Assembly: GCA_963826115.1 (NCBI GenBank)
Contig: CAWGVS010000005.1
Coordinates: 320,001 to 384,000, forward strand
Source of the DNA: an uncultured Candidatus Rokubacteria bacterium
GTDB taxonomy: Bacteria > Methylomirabilota > Methylomirabilia > Rokubacteriales > DASRDR01
Direction: 5' to 3'
DNA length: 64,000 bases
The notes under the pieces: generated by a model
Database searches by the model: none
Seen by the model: the letters and a program-made list of their open reading frames with translations, nothing else
What the model was told of the DNA's origin: nothing
Shown here: piece by piece, positions 19,101 to 28,449 of the stretch
Numbering within the stretch: the stretch's first letter is position 1
Layout: each line of letters opens with the position of its first letter
Made by a program: the position numbers and the translations under genes

Positions 19101-19478
19101 ATGGACCGCTTCCATCATCCGCTCGAGCACCGGATCGAGGAGCTTCCTGCCTTCTTCGGGGTCCCGTTCGGCCAGCAGCTCCGTCGACCCCTTCAGGTCC
19201 GCGAACAGGACGGTCACCTGCTTCCGCTCGCCCTCGAGGGCGGCCTTCGAGGTGAGGATCTTCTCGGCGAGGTGCCGGGGGGTGTAGGCGTCCGGAGCCA
19301 TGGGCTTCGGCTGCGCGGATGCTGGGGCGCCGAGTCGCGCTCCACAACCTCCGCAGAACTCGTCGCCCGGCTCATTTGTGAAGCCGCAGGACGAGCAGGC
19401 GGCGGCCAGCGCGGCGCCGCACTTCGAGCAGAAGCGGCGGCCCTCGCGGTTCCCGTGTTGGCACCGTGGACAGTGCAT
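16116..19478 (-). CDS. Double zinc ribbon + class III nucleotide cyclase + AAA/STAND ATPase + TPR protein
   Basis: Four CxxC pairs, LFADLKGST, MGDGIMALFG, Walker A GEAGVGKS, Walker B FEDLHW, GNPFF, FKHAL, helical TPR-like tail. Confidence 0.93.
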   Translation of the reverse strand: MHCPRCQHGNREGRRFCSKCGAALAAACSSCGFTNEPGDEFCGGCGARLGAPASAQPKPMAPDAYTPRHLAEKILTSKAALEGERKQVTVLFADLKGSTELLAERDPEEGRKLLDPVLERMMEAVHHYEGTVNQVMGDGIMALFGAPIAHEDHAVRACYAALRMQRRVSLYADEIQRAGGTPVQIRVGLNSGEVVVRSIGSDLRMDYTAVGQTTHLAARMEQMAKPGSTLVTGDILKLAEGYVQVRPLGAVPVKGLATPTPVYELTGSVPARSRLQASAARGLTRFVGREGELQQLAQTLDRAAEGQGQVVAVVGEAGVGKSRLAWEFTRSHRTHGWLTLESGAVSYGKATPYLPVIELLKGYFRIQERDDPRVVRERVAGKLLMLDRALEPLLAPLLQLLDVPVEDAAWDALDRAQRRQRTLDAVKQLLLRESQIQPLLVLFEDLHWIDSETQAVLDGVIESLPTARILLLVNYRPEYEHPWGRKTYYLQLRIDPLPPQSAGALLAALLGTDRALEPLKQRLIERTEGNPFFLEESVRTLAETQVLVGERGAYRLAKTGDTWQIPATAQAIVAARIDRLPPEDKWLLQAASVVGKNVPFALLHAVADMPEDGLRRGLSHLQAAEFLYETSLFPDLEYTFKHALTHEVAYGSLLQDRRRAIHARIVEAIETLHTERLTEHVERLAHHAIRGELWDKGLAYLRQAGMKAFGRSANREAVTAYEQALAALAHLPETGETMEQGIDVRLALRNALWPLGRFEVGFGHLQDAERLATTLGDRRRLGWIAAYLSEHTRQTGHAADAPPFAERALTIARGVDDLQLAVAANYYLGSAYFVAGDYRRVDEYFSRILELLEGDRFRERCGLAGFPVAMSRFFWAFALAERGEFDRGLAEAKEAVRLAEILDHPYTLINALRGLSQVHGARGNLDLAIPPAERGLALSRERHLPQLSPDISDQLGYAYALSGRTAEGLAVLEEARAAMEEMSMVQWRTPLLAHLGETYLLESRREDALAQAGRCLALARERGHRGSEAWALRLLGEIAAHGDRPDVPAAEAHYDAALGLATELGMRPLVAHCHLGLGTLRRGTGGTTTAKEHLATAVAMYRQMEMRLWLDKAERFTSQR

Positions 19479-19679
19479 GATCACTCGGCTCGCGATCGCA
19501 ACGTCTGCGCGGCTATCGGCTCGACAGGGATGGCGACCGACCCGCTTCCGGGGACGGTCGCTGCAATGTTCGCTTGTCCGGGCAGCGCGTTCCGCGCCAG
19601 AGTTATACCACGCGTCTGAAAGATGAGGACAGGGGAGGCCCGCGCCCTCCATCGGTGAGGCGCGGTAGAGAGTGACGCG

Positions 19680-20534
19680 TCAGCGCGCCGGCGTGAGCTT
19701 GATCCAGGAAGCGAGCCGGTCGATGAGGATCTCTTCGAGACCGAAGAACGCGTGCGGCGATTCTGGGCCGCAGGGGAGGCCGCGCGCTGGCGGACCGCCT
19801 TCCACCGTCACCAGTTCCACTCGTTTGGCATTTGTCAGCCGACGCGGCAGCGCCGAGGCGTCCTCGTACGGTGTGATCTCGCACGGGTCCTGCCGGTGGT
19901 GGATGATGAGCGTCGGCACCTGGATGCTCTCCAGGGGGACACTGGCGAGCGATTCGCGCATGGCGGGATGGGTGCGAGTCACGCTCGAGATCAGGATGAG
20001 GCCGTCGGGCCCCTCGGTGCCGAGTCGTGCCGTGACGCTCGCCGCCGAGACCGTGCCCATGCTGCTCCCGACCAGCCACAGCGGCACGGGGTCGTCGTGG
20101 CGGAGCCGTGCGACGACGGCGCCGATGTCGACGGAGTGCTCGCGACTCGTTCGAAAGGCGATCAGCCCCTCGCCGAGCCGGTCGGATGGCGCGTCGACGA
20201 ATGCCACTACGAACCCCTGGCCGGCCAGTTGCTCCCGTCGCTTGATGAGTGGGCCGGGCACGTCTCTCGGAAGCCCACGGGGGGTGAGGTCGAGCTTGCC
20301 TGATCCACCAACCAGGACGACGAGGGTTGCCACCGGCTTCGTCGATGGTCGCACCACCACGACGGTCTCCGTGATACGGGGGCGTGTCGGCACGCTGATG
20401 ACCTGCTCGCTCGCCCCCTGGCTCTCGACCGATGACGGCGACAGCGGCAGGATCAACGCGGCAACGATCAGGAAAGCGATCCGGATCGCTCGCTGCTGGA
20501 TCGGGCCAGCGATGGCGGAGGAAGCACCCCGCAC
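19680..20534 (-). CDS. Exported alpha/beta hydrolase (start uncertain)
   Basis: Hydrophobic signal, VGGSG, nucleophile GSSMG, HHRQDPC, C...PHAFFG. C-terminal part of ORF 19680..21128. Confidence 0.75.
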   Translation of the reverse strand: MRGASSAIAGPIQQRAIRIAFLIVAALILPLSPSSVESQGASEQVISVPTRPRITETVVVVRPSTKPVATLVVLVGGSGKLDLTPRGLPRDVPGPLIKRREQLAGQGFVVAFVDAPSDRLGEGLIAFRTSREHSVDIGAVVARLRHDDPVPLWLVGSSMGTVSAASVTARLGTEGPDGLILISSVTRTHPAMRESLASVPLESIQVPTLIIHHRQDPCEITPYEDASALPRRLTNAKRVELVTVEGGPPARGLPCGPESPHAFFGLEEILIDRLASWIKLTPAR

Positions 20535-20593
20535 CCGGGCCGACCGGGCCGAGTGCGGGGTGTCGATGCCCAAGGAAAGTGGACGTCCGACCC

Positions 20594-22156
20594 CTACTTC
20601 ACCTTGGCGTCGTAGAGGAACAGCATGTTGTCGATCCAGGGCGACCAGTCGAGGCGGTTCGAGATCCCGAAGATGTGCGCCTGCTGGTACGCCTTGATGA
20701 TGGGCGCGTCCTCGTAGATCATCTCCTGCGCCTTCCAGTAGAGCGCCTTCCGCTTCTCGGGGTCGTTCGACCCCTGGGCGTCCTCCAGGATCTTGTCGAG
20801 CGCCTCGTTCTTGTAGATCGACAGCGCCGACTTCGAATGGAGCGAGTTCACCAGGAGATCGCCGTCGAAGAGGCCGGCGCCGCCCCACGCGACCATGTAG
20901 ACGGGCAGCAGCTGGCGCTGGCGCCACTTGGTCGTGTAGACGCTCTGCTCGCCGACCTCGACGTTCGCCTTGATGCCCACCTTGCCGAGCATCTGCGCCA
21001 TCGCCTGGACGACCTCGATGTCGTTCATGTATCGGCGGTTCGGGACGTGGAGCGTGACCTCGAAGCCATTCGGGTGCCCGGCCTCCTTGAGGAGCGTCTT
21101 GGCCCGCTCCGGATCGTACCCGTACCACTTGATGTTCGGGTTGAACCCGAATGCCTCCTTCTCGAGCGGCACGCCGAGCACCTGACCGTTGCCTTCGAGG
21201 ACGGTCTTGATGATGGTGTCCATGTCGATGGCGTAGTTCATGGCCTTGCGGACGCGCGCGTCCTGCCAGGGGCCCGGCATCAGGTAGTTCGTGATCTTCA
21301 TCATGATGACGAAGCCGCCGAGCGTGGACAGCTCGATCTTCGCGACGCCGCTCGACTTCACCTTGCCGACCTGGTCGGGCGGTATGTCGCTGACGAGGTC
21401 GGCCTGGCCCGACAGGAGGGCGGCCACGCGCGTGGTCAGCTCGGGTATCGGCCGGAAGACCAGGCGGTCAATGGCCGGCGCGCCGCGGTGGTAGTCCTTG
21501 TTCGCGTCGAGGACGAGGCGGTCGTCCTTGATCCACTCGACGAACTTGTAAGGCCCGGTCCCGACGGGCTTGACCGCGAACTCGGCGTCTCCCACCTGGG
21601 CGATGTACTTCGGCGGCACGATGCCGACGGTGCCGCAGTGACCGGGGCTCATCCGCACGGGCAGGAGCGGGAACGGCGTCTTCGTGATCACGTTGACGGT
21701 GAGCGGGTCGACGACGTCGACGTGATCGATGGTGGCGATGCTGGTGCGGCCCGGCGCGCCTTGCTTGGGGTTGAGCATCCGCTCGATGCTGAACTTGACG
21801 GCCGCCGCGTCGAAGGGCTCGCCGTTGTGGAACTTCACGTTGCGGCGGAGCTTGAACTGCCAGGTGGTGTCGTTGACCAGCCGCCAGGACTCGGCCAGGT
21901 TGCCCTCGAGCTGGAGGGTCTTCAGGTTCCGCCGGAGGAGCGTGTCGAAGATCTGGCGGTCCGGCTCGTGCGCGTTCTTGTCGCAGTGCATGTGCCAGTC
22001 GAGCGTGGCGGCCTCGCCCGACTGCACGACGACGACGGGCTTCTGTTGGGCTAGGGCCTCCCGCCCCGCGGGCGCGAGGACGGCGGACAGCGCGAGGGCC
22101 CAGATCAGCCCGAGGCGCAGCCGGCGCGGACGTGGGGTGGTCTCCGGTCGCGTCAT
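20594..22156 (-). CDS. ABC transporter substrate-binding protein, family 5 (Dpp/Opp/Nik)
   Basis: Signal peptide, LAESW, FKLRRNVKFHNGEPF, GTGPYKF, VRKAMNYAID, YDPERAK. Confidence 0.93.
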   Translation of the reverse strand: MTRPETTPRPRRLRLGLIWALALSAVLAPAGREALAQQKPVVVVQSGEAATLDWHMHCDKNAHEPDRQIFDTLLRRNLKTLQLEGNLAESWRLVNDTTWQFKLRRNVKFHNGEPFDAAAVKFSIERMLNPKQGAPGRTSIATIDHVDVVDPLTVNVITKTPFPLLPVRMSPGHCGTVGIVPPKYIAQVGDAEFAVKPVGTGPYKFVEWIKDDRLVLDANKDYHRGAPAIDRLVFRPIPELTTRVAALLSGQADLVSDIPPDQVGKVKSSGVAKIELSTLGGFVIMMKITNYLMPGPWQDARVRKAMNYAIDMDTIIKTVLEGNGQVLGVPLEKEAFGFNPNIKWYGYDPERAKTLLKEAGHPNGFEVTLHVPNRRYMNDIEVVQAMAQMLGKVGIKANVEVGEQSVYTTKWRQRQLLPVYMVAWGGAGLFDGDLLVNSLHSKSALSIYKNEALDKILEDAQGSNDPEKRKALYWKAQEMIYEDAPIIKAYQQAHIFGISNRLDWSPWIDNMLFLYDAKVK

Positions 22157-22170
22157 CGAAGGTCTCCTCT

Positions 22171-23115
22171 CTACAGGCGGTCCACGGAGCTTCGGGTGTG
22201 ACGGGTCTGGAGGTACGGGTCGAGGGCGTCGCGGAGCGCGTCGCCCAGGAGGTTGATCCCCATGACGGTGACGAACAGGGCCGCGCCGGGGAAGAGCGCC
22301 AGCCAGTACCGCGTGTCCACGAACTGTCGCCCCTCGGCCAGCATGCCGCCCCAGGAGGGGATCGCGAGGGGGACGCCGAGCCCGAGGAAGGAGAGCCCGG
22401 CCTCGGTCAGGATGGCGCCGGCCACACCGAACGTCGCCACGACGATGAGCGACGCGCTGACGTTCGGGAGGACGTGGCGCCACACGATCGACCCGAGCGG
22501 CACGCCGAGCGCGCGGGCGGCGTCCACGAACGCCTTCTCGCGGACGGCGAGCGTCTCGGCGCGCACGACGCGCGCGTAGGCCACCCAGTTGCTCAGGCCG
22601 ACCACCAGGATGATGTTCCGGACGCTCGCGCCGAGGACGCCGATCACGGTGATGGCCAGGAGGATGAAGGGGAAGGCGAACTGCATGTCGGCGAGCCGCA
22701 TGATGGCGTGGTCCCAGGGCCCGCCCCGCATGCCGGCCGCGAGGCCGAGGCTGGTGCCGACGGCGCCGGCGACGAGCACGGCGGACAGGCCGATGAGCAC
22801 CGAGGTCTTCGCGCCGTGGACGACGCGGCTCAGGATGTCGCGGCCGAGCTGGTCGGTGCCGAGGACGGCGAGCGTGCCGTCGGCCGCGCGGGTGGCGGGC
22901 CGGGTGAAGCGCGCCAGGAGATTCTGCTCGTTCGGGTCGGCGGGGGCGATCCATCCCGGCGTCGCCGCGCAGACCCCGACGACGAGGAGGATCGCGGCGC
23001 CGATCCGCGCGCCGCCCGACCCGAGGAGGACGCGGGTGCGGCGCCACGCCCGCCGGGGCCGGGGGACCGAGGGGTCGGCGAGGCCGACCGGGAGGGCGGG
23101 CGCGTCAAGCCGCAC
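22171..23115 (-). CDS. ABC permease (DppC/OppC-like)
   Basis: LGTDQLGRD, FVDAARALG, HVLPN, LSFLGLG. Confidence 0.93.
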   Translation of the reverse strand: MRLDAPALPVGLADPSVPRPRRAWRRTRVLLGSGGARIGAAILLVVGVCAATPGWIAPADPNEQNLLARFTRPATRAADGTLAVLGTDQLGRDILSRVVHGAKTSVLIGLSAVLVAGAVGTSLGLAAGMRGGPWDHAIMRLADMQFAFPFILLAITVIGVLGASVRNIILVVGLSNWVAYARVVRAETLAVREKAFVDAARALGVPLGSIVWRHVLPNVSASLIVVATFGVAGAILTEAGLSFLGLGVPLAIPSWGGMLAEGRQFVDTRYWLALFPGAALFVTVMGINLLGDALRDALDPYLQTRHTRSSVDRL

Positions 23116-24037
23116 GGTAGCCGCCCAGGCGCACGCGCGGGTCGAGCGCGGTGTAGGCGAGGTCGATGAGGACGTTCACCAGCAGCAGCACCGCCGCCAC
23201 GGTGAACACGACGGCCTGGATGAGCGGCACGTCCTTGTTGACGACGGCCTCGACGGCGAGCCGGCCGACGCCGGGATACGCGAAGACCGCCTCGGTGATG
23301 ACCGCGCCGCCCAGAAGGTTCCCGAGCTCGAGCCCGATCGCCGTCACGATGGGGATCGCGCCGTTGCGGAGCGCGTGCCGGAGGATCACCGACCACTCGC
23401 CGATGCCCTTGGCCCGCGCCGTCCGGAGGAAGTCCTGGTTCAGGACCTCCAGCATGCTCGACCGCGTGATGCGGGCCGTGCGCGCCATCGCCCAGACGCC
23501 GAGCGTGATCGCGGGCAGGACGAGAGTGAGCCAGCCGTCGCCGCCGTACACCGGCATCCAGCGAAGGTTCACGGCGAACGCCAGGATCAGGAGGATGCCC
23601 AGCCAGAACGTGGGCATGCACTGGCCGGCCAGCGCGAGCGCCATCGCCCCGGAGTCCAGCACGGAGCCCCGCCAGACGGCGGCCATGATGCCGAGCGGCA
23701 GGGCGAGGAGCACCGCCAGGACGATGGCGGCCACCGCGAGCCTGGCCGTCGCGGGGAAGCGCTCGAGGACCAGGGGCAGCGTGGGCTGCCGGTGCCGGAG
23801 GGAGCGCCCGAAGTCACCGTGGATCGCGCGCGCCAGGAACTGGCCGTACTGCTCGGGCAGCGGCCGGTCGAATCCGAGCGCCGCCCGCATGATGTCGTAA
23901 TCTGCCTTCGTGCCCTCGGGACCCATGTAGAGCGCGGTCGGGTCCCCCGAGAGGTGGACGACGAGGAAGACGGCGAGGGTGATGGCGACCAGGACGGCCA
24001 GCGCCCAGACCAGTCGCTGGCCGAGGTACGCGATCAC
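23105..24037 (-). CDS. ABC permease (DppB/OppB-like)
   Basis: GDFGRS, TARAKG, HALRN, LDPRV. Confidence 0.93.
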   Translation of the reverse strand: MIAYLGQRLVWALAVLVAITLAVFLVVHLSGDPTALYMGPEGTKADYDIMRAALGFDRPLPEQYGQFLARAIHGDFGRSLRHRQPTLPLVLERFPATARLAVAAIVLAVLLALPLGIMAAVWRGSVLDSGAMALALAGQCMPTFWLGILLILAFAVNLRWMPVYGGDGWLTLVLPAITLGVWAMARTARITRSSMLEVLNQDFLRTARAKGIGEWSVILRHALRNGAIPIVTAIGLELGNLLGGAVITEAVFAYPGVGRLAVEAVVNKDVPLIQAVVFTVAAVLLLVNVLIDLAYTALDPRVRLGGYRAA

Positions 24038-24091
24038 GCGCCGGGCACCGCGCGGAGGAGCCCGTGCCCCACTGGCGTTCGTCGCCCTCGC

Positions 24092-24763
24092 TCAGCCGAG
24101 GTGCTGGCGGAAGAAGGCGAGCGAGCGCTCGCGCGCCAGGCGCGCGCTCGGCTCGTGGTAGCTCCCGCGCGCGTCGCAGCTGAAGCCGTGGCCGGCCGGG
24201 TAGACGTGGACGGGGATCGTCGGGTGGATGCGCCGCACCTTCTCGTAGTGCTCCTTGGGGATGCCGGTGTCGGTCTCGCCGAAGTGGAGCATGACCGGGC
24301 AGCGGGGCGACTCCTCGGCCGTCTCGGCGATCCCGCCGCCGTAGTAGCCCACCGTGGCCGACAGGCCGTCGATGCGCGTGGCGGCGAGCCAGGCCAGGGT
24401 CCCACCCCAGCAGTAGCCGACGACGCCGACGCCGAGGCCGGCGCGCGCGAGCTCGCGGACGGCGGCGCGCACGTCGCGCACGCTGTCGTCGGTGGAGATC
24501 TTGCCCCGGAGCTCGCGGCCCTGCTGGATGTCCTCGGCCGTGTACCCGATGTCCACGCCGCGCTCCACACGGTCGAACAGCGCGGGGGCGAGCGCGACGT
24601 AGCCGTCGGCGGCCCAGCCGTCGGTGACCTTCTTGATGTGCGAGTTCACCCCGAAGATCTCCTGCACCACCACGAGCCCGCCCCGCGGCGTCCCCGCGGG
24701 CGTCGCGCGGTAGCCGGCGAGCTGGTGTCCGTCCTCGGCGTTGAGCGTCAGCATCTGACCCAT
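24092..24763 (-). CDS. Dienelactone hydrolase family protein
   Basis: QEIFGVN, GYCWGG, AGHGF. Confidence 0.92.
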   Translation of the reverse strand: MGQMLTLNAEDGHQLAGYRATPAGTPRGGLVVVQEIFGVNSHIKKVTDGWAADGYVALAPALFDRVERGVDIGYTAEDIQQGRELRGKISTDDSVRDVRAAVRELARAGLGVGVVGYCWGGTLAWLAATRIDGLSATVGYYGGGIAETAEESPRCPVMLHFGETDTGIPKEHYEKVRRIHPTIPVHVYPAGHGFSCDARGSYHEPSARLARERSLAFFRQHLG

Positions 24764-24839
24764 CGTGGCTCCTCCTTGTCGTGGGACCGATCAGGCCGCC
24801 AGTCTAGCAAGCCCGCCGGGTCTGCCAAGGGCCGCCCCG

Positions 24840-25397
24840 CTACGCGTCGGCCCGCACGTCTCCCGAGGGGTAGGGGATCGGCCCCGCGTAGTCGACCCGG
24901 AGCGGCGCCCAGCGCAGCGCCCACTCTCGCGTCAGGGTCCCCGCGAGCTGGCGGAGGTGGAGTCCGTCGTGCGCGACCCAGGCCGCCACGAGGTCGAGGC
25001 CGGAAAGCCGGAGGCCGGACGGACTCTCGCCGGTGGCGAGCAGGCCCTCGGGCGTGGCCTCGGCCAGGAGCGCCAGGCTCGCGCGGCGCTCTTCGTGGAA
25101 CGCGGCGAGAGCCGCGCCGGGATCCGCATCGCGGTAGCGCCGCGCTTTCGCCCAGCCCTCGGGGTCGACGGGCGCGAACGCGCCGCCGCCTCCGAGGACG
25201 ACGCGGACGCGCGCGCCGAAGTCCTCGGCCTCCTCGTCGCGGAGGTGGCGCACGATCTCGACGGCCGCCCACTCGTCGGGAGCCGGCCGCGCCCGCCACG
25301 TGGCGGGCGTCAGCCCGGCGACGAGACCGTCCAGCAGGGCGGGGAAGCGCCCGAGCTCCTGGCGCGCATCGCGGAGCAGCGTCGCGGCATCCGTCAT
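24840..25397 (-). CDS. DinB/DUF664 family protein
   Basis: W-x-x-x-E-I-V-R-H-L-R-D and AHDGLHLRQ His triad. ATGA-coupled to the MFS gene. Confidence 0.82.
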   Translation of the reverse strand: MTDAATLLRDARQELGRFPALLDGLVAGLTPATWRARPAPDEWAAVEIVRHLRDEEAEDFGARVRVVLGGGGAFAPVDPEGWAKARRYRDADPGAALAAFHEERRASLALLAEATPEGLLATGESPSGLRLSGLDLVAAWVAHDGLHLRQLAGTLTREWALRWAPLRVDYAGPIPYPSGDVRADA

Positions 25398-26737
25398 GAC
25401 GGGCTCCTCTCTCCGGGCCGGCGCGGCACGCGGCCGGCGACGAGGCGGACCTTGCGCGGCGCCGCCAGCCACATGGCGGCCACCGTGACCACGCTGCACG
25501 CGATGGCGAGCCAGAACGCCGGCGCGTAGCTTCCGGTGCGGTCGTAGACGAGCCCCGTCACCCAGGGCCCGGCCCCTGCGCCGGCGTTGGAGGCGAGGTT
25601 CAGCACCGCGAAGATGGAGCTGTAGCGCGCGCCCTGGAAGAGCTCCATCGGGATCGCCCCGAAGACGGACGCGGCCCCGTAGCCGAGCAGGCCCTGCGAG
25701 GCGACCATGACGTAGACGAGCCACCGCGACGGGTGCGCCGGGAGGGCGAGCAGCGCCGCGTAGCAGACCACGTACCCCAAGCCGGCCGCGGTCCACGCCC
25801 ACTCGCGGCCGATCCGGTCGGAGACGTAGCCCCACAGGATCTGGCCGGCGATCCCCGTGATCCCGACGACGCCGAGTGCCCACGCCGCGAAGTCGGCCGG
25901 AAAGCCGAGCTCGAGGAGGTACTTCGTCTGGTGGACCTGGACCGCGTACCAGGCGAAGAGGCAGGTGAAGTACCCGATGAAGACCCACCAGAACCGGCTC
26001 GTGCGCACGGCCCGCGCGAGGGTCCACTCGACCGCGGCCCACCGCGGGTCGACGACGTGGACGGGCGCGGGCCGGGCCGTCTTGCCCGACCTCTCGTCAC
26101 CGTCGGGGCGGAGGCCGAGCTCTTCGGGCCTCCGTCGCGGGACGAGGAGGTTCAGCGGCAGGATCAGGAACAGGAGGATGGCAGCGAAGGCCCAGCAGGC
26201 GCCGCGCCACCCCGTGCGCTCGATGAGATGCTGGGCCCACGGGAGGAGCACGAACGAGCCGACGCCGACGCCCGAGAAGGCGATGCCGAGCGCGAGGCCG
26301 CGCTGGCGCACGAACCAGTTCGGGATCAGGAGCGAGTGCCCCATGTAGCTCACGAAGACACTGGCGCCCGCGACGAGAACGCCCAGGGTGAGGTGGAGCT
26401 GCCAGGGCGCGTGGGCGCCCGTCGCGAGCGCGAGCCCGAGGCTCATGAGCGCGAGCCCGAACGGGAACACGACACGCGGGCCCAGCCGATCCATGAGGAC
26501 GCCGAGGAACGGCGTGAAGGCGTTCGCCGCGAGGAGGCCGGTCGTGAAGGTCGCGGCCGTGAGGGCGCGCGACCAGCCGAACTCGTCCAGGATCGACGGG
26601 AAGAAGAGGGAGAAGACCGTGCGGGAGTTCACCACGACGCCCATCGTGACGAACGCCGTCGCGACCAGGATCCAGCCGTAGAAGATCGGCACGCGCGCGG
26701 CCGCCGCGCGGACGGGTCCCGCCGTCTGGGCCGCCAT
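25394..26737 (-). CDS. MFS transporter
   Basis: FYGW, GxLxDRLGPR, second motif-A copy SDRIGRE, about 12 hydrophobic segments. Confidence 0.92.
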   Translation of the reverse strand: MAAQTAGPVRAAAARVPIFYGWILVATAFVTMGVVVNSRTVFSLFFPSILDEFGWSRALTAATFTTGLLAANAFTPFLGVLMDRLGPRVVFPFGLALMSLGLALATGAHAPWQLHLTLGVLVAGASVFVSYMGHSLLIPNWFVRQRGLALGIAFSGVGVGSFVLLPWAQHLIERTGWRGACWAFAAILLFLILPLNLLVPRRRPEELGLRPDGDERSGKTARPAPVHVVDPRWAAVEWTLARAVRTSRFWWVFIGYFTCLFAWYAVQVHQTKYLLELGFPADFAAWALGVVGITGIAGQILWGYVSDRIGREWAWTAAGLGYVVCYAALLALPAHPSRWLVYVMVASQGLLGYGAASVFGAIPMELFQGARYSSIFAVLNLASNAGAGAGPWVTGLVYDRTGSYAPAFWLAIACSVVTVAAMWLAAPRKVRLVAGRVPRRPGERSPS

Positions 26738-26768
26738 GGACCGGCGCTCGCGTGCCCGAGCGGTCGGG

Positions 26769-28439
26769 CTAGAGGCCGAGCGCGACGCCGCCCGGGCGCG
26801 GGTCGCTGCCGCCGCGCAGGAGGCCGCGCGCGGCGTCCACCTGGATCAGCTGGACGGCGCCGCCGCCGGCCCAGGCGCCGAGGGTCTCGACGACGTGGCC
26901 CCGGTCCGCGAGCTCGCGGCGGGTCGCCTCGGGGACGAGCTCCTCGATCCGCACCGCCGCGGGGAGCCCGAGGTTCGCGGGGTCGGTCCCCGGGAAGCTG
27001 AACCAGCGCGGCGTCTCCACGGCCTCCTGGGGCGAGAGCCCGTGGTCGATCATGCTGCTGATGACCTGGGTGCTCCACTGGGTCTGCTGGTCGCCGCCGG
27101 GGGTCCCGCCGACGAGCCAGGGCGCCCCGTCCCGGCAGACGAGGAACGCGTTCAGCGTGTGCATCGTCCGCTTGCCCGGCGCGATGACGTTCGGGTGGCC
27201 CTCGTCCAGCGAGAAGCCGCGGCCGGCGCGGTTGTTCAGCGTGATCCCCGTGTCCCCGGCCACGACACCGGAGCCGAACGCGGCGGACAGGCTGTGGATG
27301 AAGGAGAGCGCGTTGCCGTCCCCGTCGACGACGGCGAAGTAGCTCGTGTCACCGTCGTGCTCGGGCGTGAGCGCGCGCCGGGCGAACCGCGCCCGCGCGA
27401 GGTCGATCTCGGCCCGGCGGCCGGCGGCGTGGTCCTTGCCGATGAGCTCGTCGAGCGGCCACTTCACGAACGCCGGGTCTCCGGCCACTCGGTTCCGGTC
27501 CTCGAAGGCGAGCTTCTTCGCCTCGACGGTGAGGTGGATGCGGTCCGCGCTCGTGATGGGCAGGCTCGCGAGGTCGAATCCCTCCAGGATGTTCAGCTGG
27601 GAGAGCACGAGGAACCCCTGGGAGACGGGGGCCGTCTCGTACACCGTGTAGCCCCGGTAGTCGCTCGAGATCGCCGGGTAGAAGAAGGTCTCGTCCCGCT
27701 GGCGCGCGAAATCGTCGGCCTCGAACGGCCCGCCCTCCTGGCGGAAGAACGCGAGGAGTCGCTCGGCGAGCTCGCCCCGGTAGAACGTCTCCGCCCCGCC
27801 GGCGGCCACGGCCTTGAGGGTCCGCGCGAGATCGGGCGCCGCCCAGCGCTCGCCCGGCGCCGGCGGCCGGCCGCCCGGCAGGAAGAACCGCGCCGAGTGC
27901 GGGAAGCGGCGGAGGACCTCGGCGCGCTCACCGATCCACCGGCTCACCCAGGTGGTGATGGCGACACCGTCCTGGGCGAGCTTGATGGCCGGCGCCCAGA
28001 GCTCCTCCCAGGGGATCGTGCCCCAGCGCTTCCAGATCGACTCGTAGAAGGCGACCGCGCCCGGGACGGCGACCGCGTGGACGCCGTCGAGCGGCATGAG
28101 CTTCTGGCCGTTCGACGTGTAGCGCTCCCGTGTGGCACCCGCGCCCGCGACGCCGCTCCCGTTCAGGCCCAGGACCTCCCGCCGGCGGGCGTCGTAGATG
28201 ACGGCGAACCCGTCGCCGCCGAGGCCGCACATCATCGGCAGGAGCACGCCCTCCGCCGCCGCGACGGCGATCGCCGCGTCGAAAGCGTTCCCGCCGCGGT
28301 CGAGCACGGCTACGCCGATGGCGGCCGCCCGCGGGTGGGCTGAGGCGACCATGCCACGCGCGCCGAAGGCCTCGGGGTAGCGGGTCGGTGAGGAGGGAGC
28401 TCGCCAGGCGCCGTCGTGGGATTGGCTGGGATTCGTCAT
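26769..28439 (-). CDS. ggt: Gamma-glutamyltransferase family (Ntn hydrolase)
   Basis: GGNAFDAA, GLGGDGF, nucleophile DTSYFAVVD, FGSG, GTPGGD, GSDPR. Confidence 0.92.
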   Translation of the reverse strand: MTNPSQSHDGAWRAPSSPTRYPEAFGARGMVASAHPRAAAIGVAVLDRGGNAFDAAIAVAAAEGVLLPMMCGLGGDGFAVIYDARRREVLGLNGSGVAGAGATRERYTSNGQKLMPLDGVHAVAVPGAVAFYESIWKRWGTIPWEELWAPAIKLAQDGVAITTWVSRWIGERAEVLRRFPHSARFFLPGGRPPAPGERWAAPDLARTLKAVAAGGAETFYRGELAERLLAFFRQEGGPFEADDFARQRDETFFYPAISSDYRGYTVYETAPVSQGFLVLSQLNILEGFDLASLPITSADRIHLTVEAKKLAFEDRNRVAGDPAFVKWPLDELIGKDHAAGRRAEIDLARARFARRALTPEHDGDTSYFAVVDGDGNALSFIHSLSAAFGSGVVAGDTGITLNNRAGRGFSLDEGHPNVIAPGKRTMHTLNAFLVCRDGAPWLVGGTPGGDQQTQWSTQVISSMIDHGLSPQEAVETPRWFSFPGTDPANLGLPAAVRIEELVPEATRRELADRGHVVETLGAWAGGGAVQLIQVDAARGLLRGGSDPRPGGVALGL

Positions 28440-28449
28440 GGGGGCCATC

